In this document: in pieces, positions 52,467-64,000 of the stretch
How the letters are laid out: each line of letters opens with the position of its first letter
How positions within the stretch are numbered: the stretch's first letter is position 1
Origin: Podarcis melisellensis
Taxonomy: Eukaryota
Strand: one strand, 5' to 3'
Assembly: GCA_964234715.1 (NCBI GenBank)
Contig: OZ174287.1
DNA length: 64,000 nt
Notes under the pieces: generated by a model
What the model was told of the DNA's origin: nothing
The model's input: the letters and a program-made list of their open reading frames with translations, nothing else
The model's database searches: none
Made by a program: the position numbers and the translations under genes

Positions 52467-52793
52467 TACTTGTTTCATATCAGGTTAAGAATCTTAGCCA
52501 GCATTCAAGAACAACACACACACACACACACACAACGAGGCAATGCCTTTTATTTGGGTCATATGTCTACAAATAAAATAGGCAAGCTCTTCAGTTACAC
52601 AGATCTATTCTCTTCCAACAAAAACAATGGGCATTATCATTTCTGGAGTACTTGCTGCATGCAACGTTATTTACAGCTCATATTCCACTAATCCTGCAAC
52701 CCTAAAACGCAAGCCTCATTAGGGTTTGCCACTTTCAGGGCTGGTCAGGTTTTGCAAGCTTAATTAATGGGCTCTCATCTCTGAGACATCTCT

Positions 52794-53146
52794 GGGACAC
52801 GGGTGGTGCTGTGGGTTAAACCACAGAGCCTAGGACTTGCCAATCAGAAGGTGGGCAGTTCGAATCCCTGCGACGGGGTGAGCTCCCGTTGCTTGGTCCC
52901 TGCTACTGCCCACCTAGCAGTTTGAAAGCACGTCAAAGTGCAAGAAGATAAATAAGTAGCACTCCGGCAGGAACGTAAACGGCGTTTCCGTGCACTGCTC
53001 TGGTTCGCCAGAAGTGGCTTAGTCATGCTGGCCACATGACCCGGAAGCTGTACACCGGCTCCCTCAGCCAATAAAGCAAGATGAGCGTCGCAACCCCAGA
53101 GTTGGCCACGACTGGACTTAATGGTCAGGGGTCCCTTTACCTTTTT
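52794..53146 (+). mobile_element. Sauria-type SINE, full length
   Basis: Same family; TSD atctctgagaca at 52777-52788 and 53147-53158. Confidence 0.92.
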
Positions 53147-53242
53147 ATCTCTGAGACAGCCCACATAAACCTTGTCACTGTCACCCCACTACCCATTTGC
53201 TTGGCTTCCACCCCACCTGGACTCAGTCTACACATCCACGTA

Positions 53243-53442
53243 CAGTGGTACCTCTGGTTGCAAATGGGATCCGTTCCAGAGTCCCATTCGCAACATGAGA
53301 ATAACGCAACACACATCTGCACATGCATGTGACGTCATTTTGTGCGCCTGCGGCGAAAGCCGGAACCAACCCTTTCCTGGTACTTCTGGGACGCAACCTG
53401 AAAAAACGTATCATGAAGCAAACGCAACATGAGGTATGACTG
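53243..53442. mobile_element. Tc1/mariner-type MITE
   Basis: TA|cagtggtacctctggttgc ... gcaacatgaggtatgactg|TA. Confidence 0.8.
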
Positions 53443-53516
53443 TAGAGGGAAAGCTCAAGTCAACTGGAGCATGCTGCTCCTTCTCTTCATTCCTGGCACT
53501 CCTGGAAAAAGCATGT

Positions 53517-53663
53517 GAATCAGAATTGCAGAGCTGGAAGGGCCCCTGAGGATCAGCTTGTCCAACTCCTGCAATGCAGGAATATGCTGCTATCCCATAC
53601 GGGGATCGAACCTGCAACCTTGGTGTTATCAGCACCGTGCTCCAATCAACTGGGCTGATGCTG
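53517..53663 (-). mobile_element. Short SINE with tRNA-Ile-like head and CR1-derived tail
   Basis: Same family as the 41529 and 62842 copies. Confidence 0.78.
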
Positions 53664-55411
53664 GGCATAACATGAACATGCAGTGACAGCAAGGAGCAGG
53701 AGCAGCAGCCACCGGGACATGGAGATCCATGAGTTGCCAGTGGCACCTTGCGTAGGTGTGTGTTGTGGCGGCAGGTGCCCTGTGATCCTGACCCCTAAAA
53801 TAGGCCCTGCCTATTTTACTACAGTAGAACTGCAGCTGGGACGGCACTCGCACCCCAGGCTCAAATAACTATGTGCAATTCACATGCACCTGCTCAGGCA
53901 CCATTGGCAATAAGAACAAACTCTGCAGGTGTTTCTTCCTTGTGGTAAGGCATTTGGGTGAAGGGGTTTTCACCCCCTTGGGTACAAATATGCTTGACCC
54001 ACACGAGCAACCACAGCACACAAAATGGCGAGCAAATCCCAGGAGGTATTCATAGCTAATAATGGTTTTTTTTAATCTTGTGAGTTTTAAATTTGGTATT
54101 CTATACTTTAAAAATTAAATTGAGTCGCTCCAAGACCATTTTTTGTAGTGACAAAATAAAATGCAAAATATAAAGATATAGAATGTCCACAGCCTTGCTA
54201 CTTTGGCACAGGTGACCATTTTGGAACAAGCATTATTTAGCAAATGTTCAAATGCAGAAGCAGCCTAGAATTCTCATCTAGCAGAGTGCAATTTCCAACA
54301 CTGCTCCTCCTGTTCAGGGCTCGGGTTTATGTCTGCCCTGGGACCATTTACACAAGACTCACATGCACCGCCACCCACAGAGTATTTCACCAAAGCAATG
54401 CTTCCTGCCTTTGCTCTCTGCAAGGTTCCCAGTTCTTTTGCCAATCTGATGAAGCCATAAAAGCTGGAATTGGACTGTTGCCAGTCTTCGGTCCATGTTT
54501 GCTCTTGCATAGTCCTCTCTGTTGTGCAGAATGCAGCTATCACAAGCACAGCTGTAGCTCAAATCCCAAGCCTCTCAGATGAACAGGACCAGGGTGGAGA
54601 TTTTCCAAGGCACAGATGGAAAAGGATGCTTTGCCGTTATGGATGTGGTTGGGTCCCTATGTGCCAATCTTATTTTATTTTTCTGCATCACACAGAGGCC
54701 ATGAGGAACCAGAAATATTGGCTAAACCAGTACAATATTATAGGATGGGCAGTTGCAAAGAGAAATCCGGGATACATCAGTCCAAGCTAGGGATGCTTGA
54801 GAAATTCAGTCTTCTGATACAAATAGGGCTATGCGTAGATCAACTCTTCAAAGCCCAGCACCATCTATTTCTGCATCCCCAACTCGTATTTTCAAAATGT
54901 TGAGCATCTGCAGTGGATGAAATGATAGAACGCTTTCCCACTCTGAGGACTAAAATCATGCTTTTGGATTTGATGTGTAATAATTAAAAGATTTCAGGCC
55001 ACATCAGCTGGCCCCGAATGACTTGAGCTGTTTTGCATTGATATACTTGGGTTACCGTGAACTAGTCTACAGTTTCTTAATGTAAACCAGTACAGCCTTC
55101 AATATTATGTGCTTTATAAATTTGGAACGTGCTAAAAATGTGGTTACCCAAGAGGAATATAAAGCACTAGTGGCTTTTTTTTTTAAAGGTCACGTAAGCA
55201 ACTTTGACTTACATCCGCCAGCTTCTGCTGATGCCTTTAATCAGCATTCATACACCATGCCAGATTAAGTCATACAATCACGACCCTATATCAAAGGTAT
55301 TATTTTGCCTTTTAAACGTGTAATGCAAAAGGGAAACACTTGAGGAGATATTTTTTCAGGAGCAGGGACTGAATACCCGCAGGTGAAGACGTATCCTTTT
55401 ACTTCCCTTAC

Positions 55412-55553
55412 CTTATTGGCTCGGATCTGCTTGTAAATATCCGTTTGCTGCCGGATTCGGTACTCTAGATCCGAGACGTGCGCTTGAAGCCAGTTCCAGC
55501 GGCTGACAATGGCTGCTCTGTCTGCTGCCCACCGCCATTCTGACCTTCGCCTC
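55412..55553 (-). CDS. KANSL1: KANSL1 exon 3 equivalent (gene continues upstream beyond the window)
   Basis: ttttttccag|G ... AAG|gtaagg; 142 nt. Encodes [47 protein letters not shown]. Confidence 0.97.
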
Positions 55554-56159
55554 CTGGAAAAAAGAGGGAAAGAAGCATTCTGTGTCAAGGAGTGGACGGA
55601 CACACGTTGCCCCAGTTTGTGAGTCTCCCATTCTTGCCACTTTGTCTTATTTGTACCTCGGCTTTAGAAAAGGAGGACGGGGACAGGACTCAACCACCAT
55701 GAATCATTATGGTCCCCCACACACACATCTGGAGGGCTGCCCTAAATGATGGCTGCATTCCATCTCTGATTCCAATTGGTCAGATCGCCCAGATCCACAG
55801 CAAAATACCCTACAACTCTAAAGCATCTACACCAGACACTTGTCCAAATTGCTTTTACAAATTTATAGACTTCACAGCCTCTCTAGCCTGCTTATTCCAT
55901 GGATGAGCTCTTTTAAAACATTAGGAGCCTACCCTGCTCCCTATACATATTCCTAGGTAATGTCAATCTGCTGTTATAGTTTCGCCCCCAAACCCCAACA
56001 GAAACATTTGCCCTTGAGCCCTTTTCAGCCTTCTCAAACTTCTGCGCCAGGTTTCCTCAACATGATGCCCCCTCCAGTTGTTTTGCAATACAACTCCCAC
56101 CATGCCTGGTCATAAGCCATACTAAGTAGGGCTGATTTGGAGTTCAACATGATCTGGAG

Positions 56160-56293
56160 CAGACTTCCTCAAACCTGCCCTCCAGATTTTTTGGCCTACA
56201 ACTCCCATGATCCCTAGCTAGCAGGGCCAGTGGTCAGGGATGATGGGAACTGTAGTCTCAAAACATCTGGAGGGTCAAGTTTGAGGAAGCCTA
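56160..56293. mobile_element. Palindromic hAT-type MITE nested in an older related MITE (~56048-56323)
   Basis: 8-bp TSD atctggag (56152-56159, 56294-56301); TIR cagacttcctcaaac / gtttgaggaagccta. Confidence 0.85.
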
Positions 56294-57069
56294 ATCTGGA
56301 GGGTATTAAGTAGGGGAAGGCTGTTCTACACTTTAAATCACCCCTGTAGCTCTCTTCCATAAATGGAATGGAAATTTCTAGAATGGACGTACAGGGGGGG
56401 AGAGAGAAATGCCTTAAGAGAACCAAATACAGGGGAGACTTTTACTCTTAGGAACTGTGTTTGTTAAAAACAGCATGTGTGGAAGGCATCACAATGACAA
56501 CAGGACAGAGTTGAAACTGGGGAAGGGGCACTTTCCCCTGAAAAAAAGTGCACATATACTTTTGGCAAACTGGGGTGCTCCAGAACAGTAAGGGAAAAAA
56601 TTGTCCGTAGTATTCCTCCCTGACCCCCATTCAGCACAGGGCAACAATTTCTGTCTCCAGTGACATAATCACAATGGCAAACCTGATTGGCTACATAGTG
56701 TCTTAACACTGGCTATGCAATCTGTGATTGGCTAGAACCACAGAGCTAGCAAGAAGAAATGCAATTTTAAAAAATCACACTTTTGCTGAAAAGGGCAGCA
56801 AACAGACACAAATAAGCACTTAGGGAATTTTCAGGGAACATTTTGTGGGTGGGTGTGAAAAAGTCCCCATTTTACGCCAAAAACGTTGGGAGAACATTTG
56901 GCGCAGCACTAATTGATTAGTCATGTGAAGCTAGGTCCCTATTTCAAAGCAGAAGGACAGCTTATTGTCCTACACCTAATACAGAAGAACAGGGTGGGTG
57001 AAGTGGCAAAAGACAAAATGGGGTCAAAGTATTTGTCCGAAACCAAGCAGCAGTGACACTACACTAAGG

Positions 57070-57333
57070 CAGGGGTCAGCAACCTTTTTCAGCCGTGGGC
57101 TGGTCCATCGTCCCTCAGATCATGTGGTGGGTCAGACTATATTTTGTAAAAAATAATAATGAATGAATTCCTATGCCCCACAAATAACCCAGGACACATT
57201 CTACTCATGTAAATAAATAAAAGGACACATTCTACTCATGTAAAAACATGCTGATTCCCGGGCCACTCACAGGCCAGATTGAAAAGGCAATTGGGCTGCA
57301 TTCGGCCCCCGGGCCTTAGGTTGTCTACCCCTG
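57070..57333. mobile_element. hAT-type non-autonomous element
   Basis: TIR caggggtcagcaacct / aggttgtctacccctg; degenerate 8-bp TSD cactaagg / cacgaacg; internal duplication aggacacattctactcatgtaaa. Confidence 0.78.
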
Positions 57334-60046
57334 CACGAACGCACCTAAGCCACAAACTGGAAAGAGACATTCACTCTGTAGAAGAAAGTTGTGAATGTGT
57401 ACACTACAAGAACAACTCCCAACACCCTTTCCTTCAATGACTCAGCAAAGGTGGATCCTCCCTGCTTAAAATGAGAGGCATACTACCCATGCCCAATCAA
57501 ATCAGTCAAAGGCTGCTTGATTTTTGCTTGAGGGCTGCCTAACCAAAGGTTTCCTGAAGGGGATAAATGCCATCCTAACATGAAAACATATGGAAATAAA
57601 TATTATACAACACAAACACTCACATATACACTTCTGGCCCTTGACTCTACAATACAACATTACCAGCAGGAGAGACATCCACACTCCTACATTTATAAAC
57701 AACTATTTTAGAAGGGGTGTGTGTGTGTTTTAAGCACCTCGTCAAGTATGGCTGTCGTCTACCTGAAAGAAAGACCTGTGTAGTGTGAGTGAGCCTGTTA
57801 AGATTGTCTTCTGCATTTCTCCAAGGTGTTTTCTTTTTATCCCTCCTCTTTTCGTTTCTCTTATTGTCTCTGTGAGATCTGTCCTGAGAGAAATGTGGGG
57901 GACAATCCAACAGGCTCTCTCACACCACACCAGATTTACACAGTTCCTTAGGTTTCTCAGAGAGACCTTGCTCTGGGGTACCATCATCATTGTGGCAGAG
58001 TTTAGCTACATCTTGGAGTAGAGGCCAGTCTTGGTAGCTGGTGATCTGGCTTTTCCAAAACATTTTAAATGGGTGCATTCCATCTGCATTGAGAAAGTTT
58101 CCATTTGTACTGGAAAACTTTCTGGTGGCCAAGAGCAGGGGTCACCAACATGGCACCGCACCCAGAGGCTTTCTCTGCTGCCAACAGGGAGCACCCCACC
58201 TCTCAAAATTAGGCTTGGAAGAAGCATTCTAATATGGGGTATTGACTAGGTTATAATTTCTTATCGACTACCATGAAAAATAGTCTCAAGGGAATTTACA
58301 GTTGTGGTGTATACATAGCAGCAGCACTTTGTGTGGGTGGGGGTAAAACCCTGCTTTGGAGGAGGACCTAATTCATAATGTTTAGTTTCATTTGTATTTC
58401 ATAAACAAAGCTAAACACTTTTAAACTGCCCTGCTTGAAATTGGCATCCATTCATTGCTACTGGTGAACTTATGAAACGGATGTTTTTCCATGGAAAAAC
58501 GAAGTACTAGATTTTTTTCTGTGGATGTTTTCCCACCTCACATCAGTGTTTGCCACATTTGTAGAACTCTTCAGAGAAAGGTCAGGCAGGATAGCAGAGT
58601 CATTTATTATTATTATACAAATTGGAGAAATGTGAAATGCAAATTTAGTGTTGTACAGTTCCATGCCATCCCACTTTAAATCTTGTTGTGATTTCATCGT
58701 TTTATCAATATTTTGCACTGCACTTTGTCCTTTATGTTTGCAGATAGCAATCAGACAGATAAAAGCATCCCAGAAGGGCAGGTGTGGACAAGTGATGTGC
58801 AGATATTGCCCATCAAGAAGCAGGATGCTTGGGGGATGGGGGCAGTCAGAAGAGATAAAGTAGCTTTACAAAACCCTAACTAAAATCTGGTGTTTTTAAA
58901 TGACAAATTATGAAGAAGCAGCTCTTACCAGCTTCAACCAACATACATTAAGTCAAACAAAGTATTGCTATTTCTGCCAAATAAGTTCCTCCATCATTTC
59001 CTCTACACTCTTCTTTCCTCACCTCTAGGAGAGTGTGGTGGCTATTCTAAGTTCATCCCTTCTCTCTTTCTAAGAATACAGAGTTGCTTTTTTACTAAGC
59101 CAAACAACTGGCTTTCCTAGGCTGGTACTGTCAGCAGCAAGTCTTGACCTTAGCATGTTCAGGTCAAAGATCTGCTATTCACGGTCCTTTAAAACTGCAG
59201 GTGACAGGGATCAAATCCAGGGCCTTTGACATACACAGCACACATTCTACCAGTGCCTCTCCACTGCTGTATGTTCTGCCAAACTAAAAAAGGAAAAGAA
59301 AAAGACCATCTTTATTAGAAACAGCATTGGATTCAATTTCTACAATGGCTACAAACACAAAACTTTAAAGTTTCAGCTTGCTAACAATGAGCAGCCGCTT
59401 AAAGCAGATGTGGCCGGAGTGAAACAGAGGCAAACCACAACTGAGACTCAAGACAAGAAAGATGCAAATCATAGCAGCCGTGGCGTTCTAAGACTCTGGC
59501 AGCTGTCGCAATATCTGGGAATCATTCTTCCACACTGGAATTGCATGAAAAAAGAAAAACCCTGCATGAGGACTCATAATCTTTAATCCCAGCTGGATTT
59601 CCCCACAGCACCTGAGCAGCCCAGTTAGTATCCAAGGCTGAACCTAGGTTGTTGGGTTGGTTTGGTTTTTTAAAAAATCCCCTCTGCCGGTAGAAAAGTA
59701 GTGCAGAACAGATGAGTGGGTTAGGCCAGAATACCACCCCCTGCCCATGTACAGGTTAAAAAACAACAACTTTGCAAGGACTTTTAAAAACAACAACAGA
59801 CCACAGAATGTTCCGAAATGTTGTCCCCCACCTGCATTCTTAATTAGTACTGGGTGGTAACATAGAAACAGAAGGGATAACGCTGACCTGTCTGCCAGCA
59901 TCGAAGGCTGATCTTTCAATGTTTCTCTCCCCTCACTCCATTACTTGAAAGGTATTTATCTGCAAGTTTTCAATCCTCATTCCTTGTTTTAAACTCTGAA
60001 GCCCTGATATTTCATAGGTCTTGAAAGAAAGGGTACATACAGCAGC

Positions 60047-60053
60047 ATCTATC

Positions 60054-60112
<59 letters not shown>

Positions 60113-60116
60113 ATCT
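60047..60116 (+). repeat. (ATCT)n tetranucleotide microsatellite
   Basis: Direct reading. Confidence 0.97.
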
Positions 60117-62841
60117 GTATCAATTCACTTTCCTTCTGACACACCTTCCCTCTCAGCCTCCAGGTTCTCACCCAGGGTTCAAACAAACTCTCAGCTCACC
60201 TACAAAATGTTCCTGGAAACTGTGAACACCACCCTAGTCTCTCACTAGAGGACTTGCTTTTGATAGGGAGGCCCAAGGTAGATGGCACTTCCTCAGGCTG
60301 CCCACAACTGTGTCCCGTTCAGCTGCACTCGACATGCCTAGCTGATGCAATTCTGATGCCAAGCAAATTGCCTTTTTATTTTCTCAGGCGTCTTTATCAG
60401 CAATAGCTTTCATTTATTTTATCACTGTTGTATATTTTTATGTTCCTTTTTTTTTTTACTGCATGCATTATATGTTGTGCTGACCTTTTTACTCTAATGA
60501 AGATGCCCCGAGAACCCAGTTATACAACAATCTATAAATATCAGAAATAAAAAAGCACACAGCCTTAAAACATGGAAGATAAAATTTCACATGGAAAATC
60601 AGAGCATTGTGGGAAGTGTAGTTTTGTACAAAGTACTGGAAGAAACCACATGTCCCCAGTTTTCTCCTTTGCTGAGATTTTATTGAGGATTTACTGGGAT
60701 TTGTTGTTTGCATGCAGCAGGTACTGAAAGAGCATCAAGCTTAGAAATGAATGAAATGTAGGGAAATGGAAGTGCAGAAAAACAGGTGTCTGTCCTCACA
60801 AACAGCACCTCTTCCTACGGAAAAAGCACCTTTTCTTCCAAAACATTCTACAGTTCAACATTAACAATTGTAAGCCAGAACAAACTGTACAACCGTATTT
60901 CTACCAGCTGGAGACAGTGAGAGCAGACAGTCTTAGACCTGAAGTTCTAAAAAGATATTAGGTGGGAAATAAACATCGAATTCTATGCTACTCTTGCAAA
61001 CTTTCCCTATCTTCCTTGGCATTTCAGAAATAATGTCTTCTAGATTTGGTTGTTAAAATGCTAAGAAGATAAATACCTTTCCCTGTTTATTATGTCTGAA
61101 TCACAAGCATCACACACACACACACACACACCCCTTTGGCTTTTGCCAACATTTCTGAATGGCATATTCAACAGTGCTTTCCCACTCACCCATTATTTTT
61201 CAATAAAATCTAAGAGAGTGTTAAGTCAGGCTCCCTAAACATCCTCCCGACTTCTGCCCTGTTCATCATCTCATGACAGTTTAAGTCACCCATCAGTCAA
61301 GCCCATCACTCAGACTGCTTCCTTTCAACAGGATACACTAGAAGGTGCCTGTAGCTACCACCTTATTTTTAGCATTGGTAACTTTGAGGACTTCTTTCAG
61401 GGTAAACAGATCAAGCTGAAGAACTAAGCATCTTTACTCACCCTTCTTGGTTTTCCTCCTCACCAACCTGAAAGGGATTGACCAAATTGCACAACTTGTC
61501 TGAAAGACAAAGCCCAGTTCTAAAATGCCAGCGGCCTTCCTTTGTAGCCGGCGCAGAAAGACAGGATACTTACAAGTAAACTAAACAAACTGTGGAGAAG
61601 GAGGAAAGAGACCAGTCTCTGTTCTTCTAGCCAAGATTATCTACAGAAGCTAAAATATTTTTTATTGTGATTCTATCCAAAGATGATCAGTATTTTGGAA
61701 AATGAACCACCAATATCCTACTTTCTAGCATTAATATATCTTATTATCATGTTGGTTTCTTTGGGTCGAGTGTCTGGGTAGGAAAGAAGGAGATATTCTA
61801 ATGCAATACTCACCATCTGTAGAGACAGAATCTGTAATCCTATACACACTAACCTGGCAGCTTGTTCCACTAAACTCAATGGGACAAGTAAATATGCTTT
61901 GGATTAGGTTGAGAGCATAGAAAATGCACTGGAGAGATTCAAAATCGTCTTGTAAAAGACTCCAGCAAGTTTCATGTTATCTGGTTCCCATTTAGATGTT
62001 CTCTATGTGTAGTGAAAGACAAGCACACATATACCTCCCCAATTTAATGTTTATTGCACTATCATGTTTCATTTCGTTTTGTTTACTTACTGTCAAATAT
62101 AATCATGGAAAATAACACTACAAACGCATGTGTTTATTTTATGTGTGTACATATCCTACACACATATCCGTAAGCAAACAAATGTGTAGGTGGGCTTATA
62201 AAAGTTTGACTTTGTTTTCATCTGGAGAAATGATTTCTGCTTTAAAAGTTCGGTGCCTGCTCCTGAATATTTCCATGGAGCAGAATGCAGGGAATCACAT
62301 GTGTGTATGCATATCTATTTACCTGCACACACGTGTGGCACTGTACACACATGCATGGCAAAGCACCAAAAACATTCAGAAGATGTGTTATCAAGCCTTC
62401 GCTGTTTCTAAACAGAGGGCTCCATTTGCTTTAGCTGTCTCTATGTAGGGTTCAGATTAAGAAAGATGACATCATGCTCAGGACACAGCCAGATGGCCTG
62501 GCAGGATCTGTGTCACTTTAAATGGGGCTCCGTGATCTACATGCGAAGACATGTCATCCCTGCTTGCAATGACTAACATGCCACGTCTTACTACTCAATA
62601 GTGCATGCTAAGAGGAGGCCACAGAAACACTACCGCGACTGCAATGTCAACCACTTGTAAGATCTACTACCCAAACCAAATCCTCCAAAGGGTACACAAT
62701 CCACTGAGCTGTTTACACGGCAGAAACTGAAGGGAAGCAGACAGTATTCCACTTCTCAGCCCCAAGTTATTCGGAAGGCTCATCCCCATTTAGCAATACT
62801 CAACACTTCCTCAGGGTCAAGCAGCTGGCCTCACACTTCTT

Positions 62842-62988
62842 CCTGGATAGCTCAGTTGGTTAGTGCATGGTGCTGATAATGCCACAGTTGCAGGTTCAAT
62901 TCCTGTATGGGGCAGCTGCATATTCCTGCATTGCGGGGGGCTGGATGAGATGATCCTCAGGGTCCCTTCCTACTCTACAATTCTATGA
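62842..62988 (+). mobile_element. Short SINE with tRNA-Ile-like head and CR1-derived tail
   Basis: A-box tagctcagttggtta and B-box ggttcaattcc, then CR1 tail cagggtcccttcctactctacaattctatga. Confidence 0.82.
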
Positions 62989-64000
62989 AAACAGGCCCGT
63001 GATTCTCAAACCAATATTTAGCTGTGGCTGGTGGTGTGGCCCCTGTACAGGTAAAGCAGGAGTCAGCAATCAAAACCAATCTGGGATGGTCCTTCTTGTC
63101 ACCTGTTCCAAGAGGCAGGGGCAAGAATGTCTCTTCTCAAACTAATGGGTGGTTCAATTACTTTTCAGGGGCAGCTGCCCACTATCATCTCTTCTCTATT
63201 ATATCTGCCCCCCCCCCCCCCCGGTCTCAGTCATCCCATGCCCTGCATTTGAGAAAGTATAGAAAATATAATCTTTGGTCAGGCTAACCTGGGAGCGTCA
63301 GTCTTCTAGTTGCGCAAGTGGCTTCAACCAGGCAACAGAAATAAAAAGCTAGTTGCACACTAAAGGATGTGTGTGTATAAGAGAAAAAAGTTATAAACCA
63401 TGGTAACTTTAATTACAGATATAAAGGGACTAACACTTCCGCAAGTGTTCATCTGAAAACAATCCCCACCCCCCAAAAAAAACTTCAGCATAATAAGAGC
63501 GATGCCAGAGATGGCAACCTGATTAGCACCCGCATGGCAGACACTCACTGCCAGGGCCTCTGAAGTTTTGAGTTTCAGTATGTGGGTATGCTGCAACTTT
63601 CCCCTTGGAGAGACACAGCAAGCAGAACCAACACATCAAGCGGCAAAAGATGTGCCCTGAGCCTGCAAACCTATCCAGAGCCCAGAAGGCTGGAATCCTT
63701 CATTAGACTTCCAGGGCAGACCACATTCCAAAGGAGAATGTTATTCCCCCCACCTCCAGCTCCAAACAATAGGGCTTGCTAGCAGCCCACAGATCAGATT
63801 TTACATAAACAAAGCCAATCTGTGGCATCTTTTCTCATGGCCAACATCCCTCCCTTGAATTAGACACAGCAAAGGGAGCTAACGCGGCCAGCACTGCTTA
63901 AAAAAAGCTAAGAATGCAGACTGCTACAGGACCACAGAAGGCCGGGAAGGCACAGACAAATGCCAGGGACATTCTCAGCACCAGCACCAGCACCCAGTGA

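Noticed and set aside
62842-62915. Functional tRNA-Ile gene
   Set aside because: The stems are mismatched, there is no Pol III T-run terminator, it continues into a CR1 tail, and two more copies exist in the window, so it is a SINE head.

Overview
Vertebrate genomic DNA from a squamate reptile, probably a lacertid lizard judging by Sauria-type SINEs, CR1 fragments and hAT/Tc1 MITEs. It holds the 3' halves of two convergent genes in the same arrangement as human 17q21.31. On the + strand is MAPT (tau): exons equivalent to human 9-13 (60-18234) and a ~4.5 kb 3'UTR ending near 22737. On the - strand is KANSL1: exons equivalent to human 3-15 (55553 down to the stop at 25311), with the 3'UTR ending near 23370. 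All 18 exons were placed by hand from GT-AG boundaries and phases, and they join into open frames. Best leads beyond the expected annotation: (1) a candidate extra 130-nt tau exon in intron 12 that would replace the tau C-terminus; (2) a candidate 33-nt KANSL1 poison microexon whose acceptor AG lies in a perfect 12-bp hairpin with the stop codon in the loop; (3) a human-like exon 10 splice stem-loop; (4) a natural in-frame AUG in the stop-free 288-nt exon 10-12 unit; (5) inverted SINE pairs flanking KANSL1 exons. Comparisons with human and chicken sequences are from memory and need alignment. No prokaryotic-type systems are present.
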